Source: an uncultured cyanobacterium
Lineage (GTDB): Bacteria > Cyanobacteriota > Cyanobacteriia > PCC-6307 > Cyanobiaceae
Assembly: GCA_963697335.1 (NCBI GenBank)
Contig: CAVONQ010000002.1
Span: 64,001-128,000 of the forward strand
Direction: 5' to 3'
DNA length: 64,000 bases
The notes below the pieces were generated by a model. It saw only the letters and a list, made by a program, of their open reading frames with translations, was not told the DNA's origin and ran no database searches. Numbering within the stretch: the stretch's first letter is position 1; each line of letters begins with the position of its first letter. Of this stretch, positions 51,744 to 62,055 are shown in pieces. The translations under genes and the position numbers were made by a program.

Positions 51744-51860
51744 TCAGAGGGGACGAAGGATCAGGTCAGGGAAGAAGCGGAAAATCTCGATGGTGATCCC
51801 GGCCGTGAGAGTGAACCAGACGGCGGCCACGACGGGGGCGGTGGTGAGGAATTTCTTCAT
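51744..51860 (-). CDS. psaJ: Photosystem I subunit IX
   Basis: Manual translation [38 protein letters not shown], directly after psaF. Confidence 0.93.
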   Translation of the reverse strand: MKKFLTTAPVVAAVWFTLTAGITIEIFRFFPDLILRPL

Positions 51861-51871
51861 GGTTCCAGGAA

Positions 51872-52369
51872 TCAGCGGGGGGAAACGGTCACTTTGGAAT
51901 CGGCTTCAACCATTTTTCCACCGGTGAACTCCGAGAAGGCTGCCAGGGGCCAGACGGCGGCGGAGAGGGTGGATTTGAACGCCAGGGGCATGTCGATCTG
52001 GATCTCCCGCATGGTGGCGTCCTTGCTGCCGCGGATCGCCATCAGGTAAGAGCGGCCCGCCCAGCCGATCGTGCCAGCGATGTAGAGGAAGAGGAGGCCA
52101 GGGATGAGGAAATCACCGGCATGGCTGAAGCGGCCATCCACGATCAGGCGGGGCAGGCCGTCATCGCCGCAGAGGGCCTGGCTGTACACGTTGAACCGTG
52201 CCTTGGCCTGGTCGGTGCTGGCCGCCGAGGCCCGCTGCTGGAAGCGGGGGCTCTCGGCACAGGGGGTCAGACCTGCCACCGATTCCGTGGCCGAAGCCAT
52301 GGGCGCCAAGCCGATGAGGAGAAAGGCCGAGAGCAGAACCGCACACAGGCGGGGGAGAAGACGTCGCAT
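51872..52369 (-). CDS. psaF: Photosystem I subunit III
   Basis: [33 protein letters not shown]. Confidence 0.96.
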   Translation of the reverse strand: MRRLLPRLCAVLLSAFLLIGLAPMASATESVAGLTPCAESPRFQQRASAASTDQAKARFNVYSQALCGDDGLPRLIVDGRFSHAGDFLIPGLLFLYIAGTIGWAGRSYLMAIRGSKDATMREIQIDMPLAFKSTLSAAVWPLAAFSEFTGGKMVEADSKVTVSPR

Positions 52370-52477
52370 GGAGAGCCTGGGTAGAAGCCGGGAAGAGTGC
52401 CTTGCGGAGCCCTGCATCGGCGTGGGGCCGCAGGGCAGGATGTCACTCGCGGACAGTAGGGGAGCTCCCTGGGCGCC

Positions 52478-53533
52478 ATGCCGACGGTTCTGGCCCTCGA
52501 AACAAGTTGTGACGAGTCAGCGGCTGCGATTGTGCGCGATCGCACGGTGCTGGCCAGCGCCGTGGCCTCCCAGGTGGAGGAGCACGCCCGCTGGGGGGGT
52601 GTGGTGCCCGAAATTGCCTCGCGTCGCCATGTGGAGGCCCTGCCGGCGCTGATCGAGCGCGTCTGCGGCCAGGCCGGCCTGGGACCCGCCGCCATGGATG
52701 CCATCGCCGCCACCGCCACCCCTGGCCTGCTGGGGGCCCTGCTGGTGGCCTCGCTCACCGGCCGCACCCTGGCCCGGCTCCATGGCCGCCCCTTCCTGGG
52801 CATCCATCATCTGGAGGGCCATCTCTGCTCGGTGCAGCTCGGCGATCCCCTGCCGCCGGGGCCCTATCTGGTGCTGCTGGTGAGCGGTGGGCACACGGAG
52901 CTGATCCAGGTGAGCGGCCCCGGGCTCTACAGGCGGCTGGGGCGCAGCCATGACGACGCGGCCGGCGAGGCCTTCGACAAAGTGGCCCGCCTGCTGGGGC
53001 TGGGCTATCCGGGCGGACCCGCCATTCAGGCCGTCTCGGGCCCGGGCGATCCCCATCGCTTCACCCTGCCCAAGGGCAGGGTGTCGAGGCCGGAGGGCGG
53101 CTACCACCCCTACGACTTCAGCTTCAGCGGGCTCAAGACGGCGATGCTGCGGTTGGTGCGGTCGCTGCAGCAGGCCGGAGAGCCGCTGCCGCTGGCCGAC
53201 CTGGCCGCCAGCTTCGAGCAGGTGGTGGCGGAGGTGCTGGTGGAGCGCAGTTGCCGCTGCGCTCGCGACCTGGGCCTCGGCACCCTGGTGCTGGTGGGTG
53301 GCGTCGCCGCCAACCGCCGGCTGCGGGCCCTGCTGCAGGAGCGGGCCAGCCGCGATGGCCTGCAGTGGCGGGTGGCCCCCCTGCCCTACTGCACCGACAA
53401 CGCCGCCATGGTCGGGGTGGCGGCCTGCCAGCGCCTGGATCTGGGCCAGACCAGCTGCGCCAACCTCGGCGTGGCCGCCCGTTGGCCGCTCGAGCAGGCG
53501 GACAGGCTCTATGAACCTGCGGCCTGCTTCTGA
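52478..53533 (+). CDS. tsaD: tRNA N6-threonylcarbamoyltransferase
   Basis: [38 protein letters not shown]. Confidence 0.96.
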   Translation: MPTVLALETSCDESAAAIVRDRTVLASAVASQVEEHARWGGVVPEIASRRHVEALPALIERVCGQAGLGPAAMDAIAATATPGLLGALLVASLTGRTLARLHGRPFLGIHHLEGHLCSVQLGDPLPPGPYLVLLVSGGHTELIQVSGPGLYRRLGRSHDDAAGEAFDKVARLLGLGYPGGPAIQAVSGPGDPHRFTLPKGRVSRPEGGYHPYDFSFSGLKTAMLRLVRSLQQAGEPLPLADLAASFEQVVAEVLVERSCRCARDLGLGTLVLVGGVAANRRLRALLQERASRDGLQWRVAPLPYCTDNAAMVGVAACQRLDLGQTSCANLGVAARWPLEQADRLYEPAACF

Positions 53534-53612
53534 ACAGGCTGGCCCCCGCAGACCCAGCGCCAGGTGATCAGCACAACGGTCCTATTGTGAATCTGGAACT
53601 GGCGGTATCTCG

Positions 53613-53894
53613 ATGGCCTCCGCAGACGCTGAAAGGGCCAGCGAGCCGGGCCCAGGGGTCGAAACGGAAACCGCAGCCCAGGCCGGCGATCCGGCCCAGG
53701 CGATCGAGGCCGAGTCCAGCGAGGCTGCGGCCCACGCCCCCGAGTCCAGCCATGAGCCGGTGAGCCCCACCGAGCTGAATGCCTGGCGGCGCGGCTTCAC
53801 TCCCCAGGCCGAAATCTGGAACGGCCGTCTGGCCATGCTCGGCCTGTCGGTGGGGCTGACGGTGCTGCTGCTGGCGCGGCTGGCCATGGGCTGA
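53613..53894 (+). CDS. High-light-inducible protein (HLIP) with acidic N-terminal extension
   Basis: GFTPQAEIWNGRLAMLG chlorophyll-binding motif. Confidence 0.9.
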   Translation: MASADAERASEPGPGVETETAAQAGDPAQAIEAESSEAAAHAPESSHEPVSPTELNAWRRGFTPQAEIWNGRLAMLGLSVGLTVLLLARLAMG

Positions 53895-53896
53895 GC

Positions 53897-54197
53897 CTGA
53901 ATCCGGTTCTCCCCCTGAAGGACTGGGCCAGTTCGTTGGGCCCGAGGCTCTGGGCCAGGGCATCGGCTTCCTCCACCGTGCCGGCGTTCACCAGATCCAG
54001 CAGGAACTGAATTGATGGTCTGCATGCCGTCAAAGCGGCTGCGCCTCAAGATCTCCTCGATCGCATCGAGTTCGCCGCCCTGGATGTCATCCCCGCAATC
54101 ATCTTGACGGCGGAGCTGGTGTGCAGCGTGCCGAACACCAACTGGCGCGCAGGGCGCCCTGCAAGTCCCTCGCGTGCAGGCCCAGCTGGCCCTGGCG
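53897..54197 (-). pseudogene. pilT: Degenerate pilT (type IV pilus retraction ATPase) remnant
   Basis: Collinear minus-strand fragments separated by frame changes: RQGQLGLHARDLQGALRA, LVFGTLHTSSAVK, DIQGGELDAIEEILRRSRFDGMQTIN, QFLLDLVNAGTVEEADALAQSLGPNELAQSFRGR. Confidence 0.8.
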
Positions 54198-54384
54198 GGC
54201 TCAGATGGTCGGCGATGAGGACGGAGACCAGGCCCATGGCAGGCAGCAGGCGGGGTGGGACCCAGGATGAAAAGCAGCAGACCATCGCGTCGACCCGGCC
54301 GACTTTCGCCAAGCGTCGCAGCGCCAGTCCGGCCGGTCAGCTGTCGAGCCGGTTCCTAGGATCCCGCCCGTCCGCAGGCCCGTC

Positions 54385-55503
54385 TTGACCAAGCCCCTCG
54401 TCAGCATCGTGCTGGGCACCAGGCCTGAGGCGATCAAGCTGGCCCCGGTGATCCTGGCGTTTCAGCAGGCCCAGGATTTCCGCACCCGGGTGGTGCTCAC
54501 CGGTCAGCACCGCGAAATGGTGAGCCAGGTGATGGAGCTGTTTGCCCTCACGGCCGACCACGACCTGGCCCTGATGGCGCCGCAGCAGACCCTGACCCAC
54601 ATCACCTGCGCAGCCCTCGAGGGCCTCAAGCGGGAGTTCGCTGAGCATCCTCCCGAGCTGGTGCTGGTGCAAGGCGATACCACCACCGCCTTCGCCTCGG
54701 CCCTGGCCGCTTTTTACGCCCAGATCCCCGTGGGGCACGTGGAGGCCGGCCTGCGTACCGACAACATCTTCGATCCCTTCCCGGAGGAGGCCAACCGGCG
54801 GCTGATTTCCCAGCTGGCCCAGCTGCACTTCGCCCCCACCGAGCAAGCCGCCGCCAACTGCCGGGCCTCGGGGGTGGTGGGCCGCATCCTCACCACCGGC
54901 AACACCGTGATCGATGCCCTGCTGCAGATGGCTGAACGGGCCCCCGCCTACGGGCTCGACGGCCTCGACTGGCAGCGGCAGCGGGTGATCCTGGCCACGG
55001 TGCACCGCCGCGAAAACTGGGGTGAACGCCTGCGCGAGATCGGCCAGGGCTTTCTTGCCGTGCTGGAACGCTTCCCCGACACGGCCCTGCTGCTGCCCCT
55101 GCACCGCAACCCCACGGTGCGGGAGCCCCTGCAGGAGCTGCTTGGCAGCCACCCGCGGGCCTTCCTCACCGAACCGCTTGACTACGACGAACTGGTGGCG
55201 GCGATGCGGGGATGCACGCTGGTGCTGAGCGATTCCGGCGGCCTGCAGGAGGAGGCTCCCGCCCTGGGCAAGCCGGTGCTGGTGCTGCGCCGCACCACCG
55301 AACGGCCCGAGGCGATCCAGGCGGGCACCGCCAAGCTGATCGGCACCGCCAGCAGCGACATCCTCGCCGAGGCCTCAGCCCTGCTCACCGATGCGGCGGC
55401 CTATGAGGCGATGGCGCGGGCCCACAACCCCTTCGGCGACGGCCAGGCCAGCGGACGGATCGTGGCGGCGGCCCGGGAGTTCCTGACCGGCCCGGCCGGC
55501 TGA
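54385..55503 (+). CDS. wecB: UDP-N-acetylglucosamine 2-epimerase (non-hydrolysing)
   Basis: GTRPEAIK, TGQH, QGDT, HVEAGLR, DSGGLQEEA, NPFGDG. Confidence 0.95.
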   Translation: MTKPLVSIVLGTRPEAIKLAPVILAFQQAQDFRTRVVLTGQHREMVSQVMELFALTADHDLALMAPQQTLTHITCAALEGLKREFAEHPPELVLVQGDTTTAFASALAAFYAQIPVGHVEAGLRTDNIFDPFPEEANRRLISQLAQLHFAPTEQAAANCRASGVVGRILTTGNTVIDALLQMAERAPAYGLDGLDWQRQRVILATVHRRENWGERLREIGQGFLAVLERFPDTALLLPLHRNPTVREPLQELLGSHPRAFLTEPLDYDELVAAMRGCTLVLSDSGGLQEEAPALGKPVLVLRRTTERPEAIQAGTAKLIGTASSDILAEASALLTDAAAYEAMARAHNPFGDGQASGRIVAAAREFLTGPAG

Positions 55504-55522
55504 TCCCCCGCGGGCCGCGCCC

Positions 55523-56749
55523 TCAGCGCTTCTTGTTCGACCAGGGAGGCAGGTCGATGAACACCCTGGTGCCGGCTTCCAGGCCGGAGAGGATCTGGGT
55601 GTCCTTGCCGCCGCTGATGCCGAGTTCCACCGGTTGGAACAGGGGCTGGCGGTCCTTGTCCACCAGCAGCACCCCGGGGCGGCCGTCCTCGGTCACGATT
55701 GCCACGGTGGGCACCAGGGTCTTGGCCTGCACCTGGCCGGTGCGGAAGTCCACGTCGGTGGTCATGCCGATGCGCAGCTCGGGCTGGGGCTGGAGGAAGC
55801 GCAGCACCACATCGAAGGAGGTCACATTGTTGAGCTTCACCGCCCGGGGGGTGATCCGCTTCACCACCACCTCGAAACGACGGTCCGGGAAGGCATCCAC
55901 CCGCACGCTGGCCTGCTGGCCCAGCTCGATGCGGCCGATGTCGCTCTCGGGCACCTTGGCCACCACCTCAAGGCCCTGGGCCAGCTCCACGATCGAGGAG
56001 CTGGTGGCGCCGGCCGTGGCCGAGGCGGTGGTGGTGGGGGTCACGAAGGAGCCTGGATCGGCGAAGCGCTGGGTGATCACCCCGGCGAACGGGGCCCGCA
56101 CGATCAGGTCGGCCTGCTCGACCTCGCGGGCCGCCAGACGCTGGCGAGCGGCCTCCACGGCAGCCTTGTCCACCAGGAAGGTGCTGCGCACGGTGTTGTA
56201 GTCGCTGAGGCTGATGGCGTTTTCCTGGAACAGGGTTTCGTTGCGCTCCAGCTCACTGCGGCTGCGCACCAGCTGGGCCTGGGCCGACTGCAGCTGGGCC
56301 CTGAGCTCATTGAGGCGGTCGCTGAGGTCGCCGCTGTCCATGCGGGCCAGGGCCTGGCCGGCCTGCACCAGATCGCCCTCTTCCACGAACAGTTCTTCCA
56401 GAACCCCCTGCCGTTTGGGACTCACGTTCACCCGCTTTTCGGCCTCCAGCTCGCCGGAGGCACTCACCACGCCGGGCAGGTCCCCCGACTTGGCCAGCAC
56501 CGTGTAGGGCTCGAGGTTGGCCGACGCCGCCCCCCTCTGACGCTGCCACACCACCCCCGCCGCCAGCACGAGCACGATGGCGACGCCGGCGACAGCCCAG
56601 AGGCGCCGGCGCTGCCACCAACGCAAGGCCGGCGCAGGGGGAGCGATCCCGCTGTCGGGGGGTGTTCCCGGAGCGTCGGTGGAGCGATCGGAGTCGGCCG
56701 GAGTCCTGGGCCGGCGGGGGGTGAGGGTGGGAATCGGCCTGGCCAGCAT
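55523..56749 (-). CDS. Efflux transporter periplasmic adaptor (MFP) subunit
   Basis: N-terminal TM segment, VEEGDLV..GQ, a coiled coil, RAPFAG, VPESDI. Confidence 0.88.
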   Translation of the reverse strand: MLARPIPTLTPRRPRTPADSDRSTDAPGTPPDSGIAPPAPALRWWQRRRLWAVAGVAIVLVLAAGVVWQRQRGAASANLEPYTVLAKSGDLPGVVSASGELEAEKRVNVSPKRQGVLEELFVEEGDLVQAGQALARMDSGDLSDRLNELRAQLQSAQAQLVRSRSELERNETLFQENAISLSDYNTVRSTFLVDKAAVEAARQRLAAREVEQADLIVRAPFAGVITQRFADPGSFVTPTTTASATAGATSSSIVELAQGLEVVAKVPESDIGRIELGQQASVRVDAFPDRRFEVVVKRITPRAVKLNNVTSFDVVLRFLQPQPELRIGMTTDVDFRTGQVQAKTLVPTVAIVTEDGRPGVLLVDKDRQPLFQPVELGISGGKDTQILSGLEAGTRVFIDLPPWSNKKR

Positions 56750-56803
56750 CTCCCCCCAGTCTCGCGGCCGAGGGGGCCCAGCTGCGGCCCGTAGATTTCC
56801 CCC

Positions 56804-57895
56804 ATGCTTAAAGCCGGAATCGTCGGGCTGCCCAACGTGGGCAAGTCCACCCTGTTCAACGCCCTGGTGGCCAACGCCCAGGCGGAGGCGGCCAACTATC
56901 CGTTCTGCACGATCGAGCCCAACAGCGGCGTGGTGTCGGTGCCGGATCCCCGCCTCGATCAGCTGGCCCAGCTGAGCCGCAGCAAGGAGATCGTGCCGAC
57001 GCGGGTGGAGTTCGTGGACATCGCCGGCCTGGTGGCGGGGGCCAGCCAGGGGGAGGGGCTCGGGAACAAGTTCCTGGCCAACATCCGGGAAGTGGACGCC
57101 ATCGTGCATGTGGTGCGCTGCTTCGAGGACGACGACGTGATTCACGTGTCGGGCTCAGTGGGGCCGGAGCGGGATGCGGAGGTGATCAATCTCGAGTTGG
57201 GCCTGGCCGACCTCAGCCAGGTGGAGAAGCGTCGCGACCGTCTCAAGAAACAGGTGCGCACCAGCAAGGAGGCCCAGCAGGAAGATGCCGTGCTGGAGCG
57301 CATCCAGGCGGAGCTGGAGGCCGGTGGCGCCGCCCGCAACCTCGACCTGAGCCCGGAGGAGCTGGCCCTGGTCAAACCCCTCGGCCTGCTCAGCGCCAAG
57401 CCGATCATCTACGCCACCAATGTGAGCGAGAACGATCTCGCCGGCGGCAATGCCCATGGGGAGGCCGTGGTGGCCCTGGCCGCCCGGGAGCGGGCCGAAA
57501 CCGTGCGCATCTCCGCCCAGGTGGAAGCCGAGCTGATCGAGCTGCCCCAGGAGGATCGCGCCGAATTCCTCGAGGGCCTGGGGGTGAGCGAGGGGGGGTT
57601 GCAGAGCCTGATCCGTGCCACCTACTCCCTGCTGGGCCTGCGCACCTACTTCACCAGCGGCGAGAAGGAGACCCGCGCCTGGACGATCACCGCCGGCATG
57701 ACCGCCCCCCAGGCGGCCGGGGTGATTCACACCGATTTCGAGCGGGGTTTCATCCGTGCCCAGACCATCGGCTGTGAGCAGCTGCTGGAGGCCGGCTCCC
57801 TGGCGGAGGCCCGCAACAGGGGCTGGCTGCGCAGTGAGGGCAAGGACTACGTGGTGGTCGAGGGCGACGTGATGGAGTTTCTGTTCAATGTCTGA
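56804..57895 (+). CDS. ychF: Redox-regulated ATPase YchF
   Basis: [36 protein letters not shown]. Confidence 0.96.
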   Translation: MLKAGIVGLPNVGKSTLFNALVANAQAEAANYPFCTIEPNSGVVSVPDPRLDQLAQLSRSKEIVPTRVEFVDIAGLVAGASQGEGLGNKFLANIREVDAIVHVVRCFEDDDVIHVSGSVGPERDAEVINLELGLADLSQVEKRRDRLKKQVRTSKEAQQEDAVLERIQAELEAGGAARNLDLSPEELALVKPLGLLSAKPIIYATNVSENDLAGGNAHGEAVVALAARERAETVRISAQVEAELIELPQEDRAEFLEGLGVSEGGLQSLIRATYSLLGLRTYFTSGEKETRAWTITAGMTAPQAAGVIHTDFERGFIRAQTIGCEQLLEAGSLAEARNRGWLRSEGKDYVVVEGDVMEFLFNV

Positions 57896-57956
57896 GCCGC
57901 GGCCGAGCCCCCAGCGCCCTGGATCGGCGAGAATCAAGGCCCCAGAGGAGCACACC

Positions 57957-58166
57957 ATGAGCCAGACACCAGGCCCGTCCGGCGCTGCCCCCGAGAGCCC
58001 GCGGCCCGCTGATCTCCCCGCCGATCACCCCCATAACTTCGACGCCCAGAAGGAGCTGCACCGCAAGATCCGCAACGATCCCGACTACGACGACTGGGAG
58101 TACGGCACTGAACCGCTGCCCCATGAGGCCTGGGCCCTCAGGCAGCCTCCAGAGCCCGCGGCCTGA
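57957..58166 (+). CDS. Small hypothetical protein
   Basis: GGAG just upstream of the ATG; GC3-biased codons; HNFDAQKELHRKIRNDPDYDDWEYG. Confidence 0.55.
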   Translation: MSQTPGPSGAAPESPRPADLPADHPHNFDAQKELHRKIRNDPDYDDWEYGTEPLPHEAWALRQPPEPAA

Positions 58167-59391
58167 TCCGCTGCACCAGCAGCTGTCCGGCCACGCACAG
58201 GGCCGCTGCCGTGAACCACACCCCCACGCCGTGCCCCTGGCGATCCAGGGCCAGGCCCGCCAGCAGAGGAGCCGTGAGGGCACTGAGGGCGAAGCACTGG
58301 GAGAACAGGGCCATGGCCAGGCCCCTGTGCTGGGGGGGGGTGATCTCCACCACGGCCTCGCTGGCCACCGGCAGGAAGGCCGCCTCCCCGAAGGCCAGGG
58401 GGATCTGGGCCAGCAGCACCAGCACCAGGCCAGCGCCGCTCAGGGCTGAGGCCCCCAGCAGGGCCGTGCCCAGGGCAAAGGCGGCCAGGCTCAGCCCCAG
58501 CCCCACGCGCACGGGCCGCCGGGCCAGGGCCTGCCCCACCGGCCACTGGATCAGCAGCAGCAGGCCCAGCTTCAGGCCGATCAGGAGCGCCCCCAGGCTC
58601 TCGGGCAGCGCCTGACGCGCCAGTCCCCCCCGCACCAGGTCCAGGGGCAGGGCGCTCTGCATCAGGGCCGGCAGGGCGGTGGCCAGCAGGGCCACGGCCA
58701 GCACCGGCAGCAGCGGTCGCCACCAGCCGCTGCCGAGCTCCAGGCCGCTGCCCACGGGGCGCCGCTTCGAGTTCGGCAGCGGTCGCAGCACCAGCAGCAG
58801 GGCCATGGCGGCGAGGCAGACCATGTCCACCCCATAGATCCAGCGCAACTGGCCGGCTGCCGCCAGGGCGGCCCCCAGCAGCGCCCCGGTGGCGATGCCG
58901 GCGGCGTCGGCACTGCGCACCAGGGCGTAGCCACGGGCCGACGGGATGGTGTGGGCACCCTGCTGGCAGCTCAGGGGCACCGCCAGTTCGATCGCGGGCC
59001 AGTAAAGACCCATGGACACGCCCATCAACAGCTGGCCCTGCAGGTAGGCCGGCAGGTCGAGGGCGCCCAGCAGCCGCACGTCGGCCAGCAGGGCGGTGAG
59101 GGCCGCCAGCAGCACGGGGCCTGAGCAGTTGACGCCCCGATCCAGCAGCCAGCCGCTCAGAAATCGCCCCCCCGTCCCCGCCAGCGCGGCCAGGGCGACG
59201 CCCTGGGTGACGCTGGCGGCACTGAAGTCCTGCTGGTGAAACACCATCGGCGTGAGATAGAGCACGCCACCGGCCCCGACCGACCCCACCAGCCGCACCC
59301 AGGCCACATGGCGCAGCGGCGCGGGAAACTGGAACCACCAGCCCCGACGCCGCGGCGTCCCCTCCGTTGCCCGCTCGGCCTCTGCGATCAC
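58138..59391 (-). CDS. MFS transporter
   Basis: About 12 TM segments; GWLLDRG, PPQHRGLAMA. Confidence 0.85.
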   Translation of the reverse strand: MIAEAERATEGTPRRRGWWFQFPAPLRHVAWVRLVGSVGAGGVLYLTPMVFHQQDFSAASVTQGVALAALAGTGGRFLSGWLLDRGVNCSGPVLLAALTALLADVRLLGALDLPAYLQGQLLMGVSMGLYWPAIELAVPLSCQQGAHTIPSARGYALVRSADAAGIATGALLGAALAAAGQLRWIYGVDMVCLAAMALLLVLRPLPNSKRRPVGSGLELGSGWWRPLLPVLAVALLATALPALMQSALPLDLVRGGLARQALPESLGALLIGLKLGLLLLIQWPVGQALARRPVRVGLGLSLAAFALGTALLGASALSGAGLVLVLLAQIPLAFGEAAFLPVASEAVVEITPPQHRGLAMALFSQCFALSALTAPLLAGLALDRQGHGVGVWFTAAALCVAGQLLVQRIRPRALEAA

Positions 59392-59411
59392 CTGCTCGTT
59401 GCCTGCCGGGG

Positions 59412-61013
59412 GTGCTGGCCAGTCTGCTGGTGGTCGGCCCCGCGCTCGTGGCTGCCGTTGCGCCCCAGCCCGCGCGCGCCTCGGGGGAGGTGGTGGTGGA
59501 ACTGGACGGGCTGAAGCTGCCGATCGACCTCGATCAGCTGGCGGCCTGGACCCTCAAGCCGGACCGCGCCAGCGGCAGCCTCGGCCTCTGGCTCAACCTG
59601 CTCGATGCCGAGTCCCGCCAGGGCCTGATCCGGCTGTTGCGGGCCCCCCTGCTGCAGGACCGCGGCTTCGGCCTCCAGCTGCTGAGCAGCTGGACCGGGG
59701 AGCCGTTGCTGCGCGAGGTGGGAGGCCTGATCACCAGCGCTGCGGGAGAGAACACCGGCGTGCTGCTGCTGGAGACCCTGCAGGAGCTGTTGGCGCGCCA
59801 GAGCACGATCACCACCCTCGACCTGCTGCAGGCCCTGCCTCCCCAGAGCCTGAACCTGCGCATTGATGGCCTGCTGGAGCTGGCGGCCGACTGGCGGCGC
59901 CAGCTCCAGAGCCAGGAGCGGGCGATTCAGCGGCTGCGGGAGCTGCCGCTGCCCAGCCGCAGCTCCCGCAGCCTGCTGATCGGCCGCCAGCAGCTCGGGG
60001 CGCCCCAGCAGATCCTGCTGACGGTGGCCCACCGCTCCGAGCCCCTGCCCCTGGAGCTCTGGCCAGCGCGCCGGGCCAAGCGAGGACCCTGGCTGCTGCT
60101 GATGCCCGGGCTGGGGGGCAACACCGAGCAGCTCAGCTGGCTGGCGGCGGCCCTGGCGGAGCGGGGCTGGCCAGTGCTGGTGATCGAGCATCCCGGCAGT
60201 GACGAGCAGGCGGTGGAGGCCTCGCTTCGGGGGGAAGGTCCTCCGCCGGGGGCGGAGTCCCTGCCTGATCGGCTGGCGGATCTGCAGGCCGTGCTGGCGG
60301 CACGCCGCGATGGCAGCCTGCCGTCGCTGGGTCCCCAGCCCTCAGGGGAGGACGGCATGGTGCTGATCGGCCACTCCCTCGGGGGCCTGGCGGCCCTGAT
60401 GGCGGCGGGCCTGGTGCCCGAGCAGGGGCTCAGGCAGCGCTGTCAGCAGGCCCTCTCCTCCTTGCCGGTGACGAACCTCTCGCGCCTCCTGCAGTGCCAG
60501 CTGCCGGACATCACCGGCGATGGCGCCAGCCGCTCCTTTCCGGTGAGTGGCTCGTCGCTTCAGGACGCCATCCCCCTGCGCGGAGTGATCACCTTCAACG
60601 GCTTCGGCAGCCTGTTGTGGCCCAGCCGTGGCCTGGCCGATCTGGCCGTGCCGGCGCTGCTGGTGGGCGGCAGCCTCGATCTGGTCACCCCGCCGGTGAC
60701 CGAGCAGCTGGGCCTGTTCAGCGGGTCCAGCGATCCCCGCAGCCGCCTGGTGGTGGTGGATGGGGGGAGCCACTTCTCGCCGGTGCGGCTGGCAGGGCAG
60801 AACGAGCCGCTGTTCCGCCTCGGCGACCAGTTGGTGGGGGAGAAGCCCGAGCGGGTGCAGGAGCTGCTGCTCGCGCTCACGATCGAGTTTCTGGAAAGCA
60901 CCCAGCATCCCTCCCTGCTCTCACCCCAGCGGCGGGTGCACAACGAGATCACCGGCTATGTGCTCGATCGGGACCAGGCCGAGCGCTGGCGTCGCGCCAT
61001 CAACAGCCCCTGA
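59412..61013 (+). CDS. Alpha/beta hydrolase with DUF1400-like N-terminus
   Basis: PGLGG, EHPGS, GHSLGG nucleophile motif, GGSHFS. Start is uncertain (ORF open from 59367). Confidence 0.82.
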   Translation: MLASLLVVGPALVAAVAPQPARASGEVVVELDGLKLPIDLDQLAAWTLKPDRASGSLGLWLNLLDAESRQGLIRLLRAPLLQDRGFGLQLLSSWTGEPLLREVGGLITSAAGENTGVLLLETLQELLARQSTITTLDLLQALPPQSLNLRIDGLLELAADWRRQLQSQERAIQRLRELPLPSRSSRSLLIGRQQLGAPQQILLTVAHRSEPLPLELWPARRAKRGPWLLLMPGLGGNTEQLSWLAAALAERGWPVLVIEHPGSDEQAVEASLRGEGPPPGAESLPDRLADLQAVLAARRDGSLPSLGPQPSGEDGMVLIGHSLGGLAALMAAGLVPEQGLRQRCQQALSSLPVTNLSRLLQCQLPDITGDGASRSFPVSGSSLQDAIPLRGVITFNGFGSLLWPSRGLADLAVPALLVGGSLDLVTPPVTEQLGLFSGSSDPRSRLVVVDGGSHFSPVRLAGQNEPLFRLGDQLVGEKPERVQELLLALTIEFLESTQHPSLLSPQRRVHNEITGYVLDRDQAERWRRAINSP

Positions 61014-61023
61014 GCTCAGGGCC

Positions 61024-62055
61024 TCAGAAGCGGATACGGGGATCCAGCAGGGCGACGAGCACATCGACCGTGACCGTGATCAGCACCACAAGGGCGGCCA
61101 CCACCACCACGATGCCCTGCACCAGGGGGTAGTCGCGCTGACTGATCGCCTCCTGCAGCCGGTAGGCGATCCCCGGCCAGGAATAGGTGACCTCGATCAG
61201 CAGGGCGCCGCCGATCAGGGAGGCCACGGTGATGCCGGTGATCGTGAGCACGGGCAGCAGGGCGTTGGGCAGGGCATGGCGCAGGATGACCCGCGCCTCC
61301 CCCAGGCCCCGGCTGCGGGCTGCCTCCACATAGTCACTGCCGAGGCTGCGGCGCAGGTTGAGGCGCAGGGCGTTGGCGAAGATGCCGCTCAGCAGCAGCG
61401 CCAGGGTGCCGGCCGGCAGGGTGAGGTGCCGCAGGGTGCCCTGCAGGGCCTGCCACTGGCCGCTGGCCAGGCCGCTGCGCAGGCTGTCGAGCAGATAGAA
61501 GCCGCTCCCCTCCGGGGGCAGCAGGGTGGGGGGGAAGCGGCCTCCCACCGGCAGCCAGCCCAGCCACACGGCAAACACCAGCTGCACCACCATGGCGGCC
61601 CAGAAGGGGGGCAGGGCGTAGGTGCCGATGCCGTAGAGCCGGCCGGCCAGGTCGAGCTTGCCCTCGGGGCGGGCAATCCCGGAGAAGCCCACCGCCAACC
61701 CCACCACGGCGGCCAGCAGCAGAGCCACGCTGCCCAGCTCCAGGCTGGCCGGCAGGGTCTGGCCGATCACGCCGCTCACGGGTTCCTGGTTGGTGAGGGA
61801 GTTGCCCAGATCGCCGCGCAGCAGATCGCCCAGAAAGCTGCCGTACTGGTGCAGCAGGGGCTGGTCGAGGCCGAGGCGGCTGCGCAGGGCGGCCCTGGCG
61901 GCCTCCGGGGCGCGGGTGCCGAGCAGGGCGTCGATCGGATCGCCGGGGGCCAGCCGCAGCAGCAGGAACACCAGGGTGGCGATCAGCCACAGCATCACTG
62001 GAGCCAGGGCCAGCCGGGCACCCACGTACTGGGCCAGGGCGCGGCGGCGGCTCAT
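61024..62055 (-). CDS. Peptide ABC transporter permease (DppB/OppB-like)
   Basis: PGDP, GDLGNS, YVEAARSRG, HALPNA, RDYP, DPRIR. Confidence 0.92.
   Translation of the reverse strand: MSRRRALAQYVGARLALAPVMLWLIATLVFLLLRLAPGDPIDALLGTRAPEAARAALRSRLGLDQPLLHQYGSFLGDLLRGDLGNSLTNQEPVSGVIGQTLPASLELGSVALLLAAVVGLAVGFSGIARPEGKLDLAGRLYGIGTYALPPFWAAMVVQLVFAVWLGWLPVGGRFPPTLLPPEGSGFYLLDSLRSGLASGQWQALQGTLRHLTLPAGTLALLLSGIFANALRLNLRRSLGSDYVEAARSRGLGEARVILRHALPNALLPVLTITGITVASLIGGALLIEVTYSWPGIAYRLQEAISQRDYPLVQGIVVVVAALVVLITVTVDVLVALLDPRIRF

Noticed and set aside
54046..54437. Short ORFs called in the hli-wecB gap
   Set aside because: Better explained as read-through of the pilT remnant and shadow frames.
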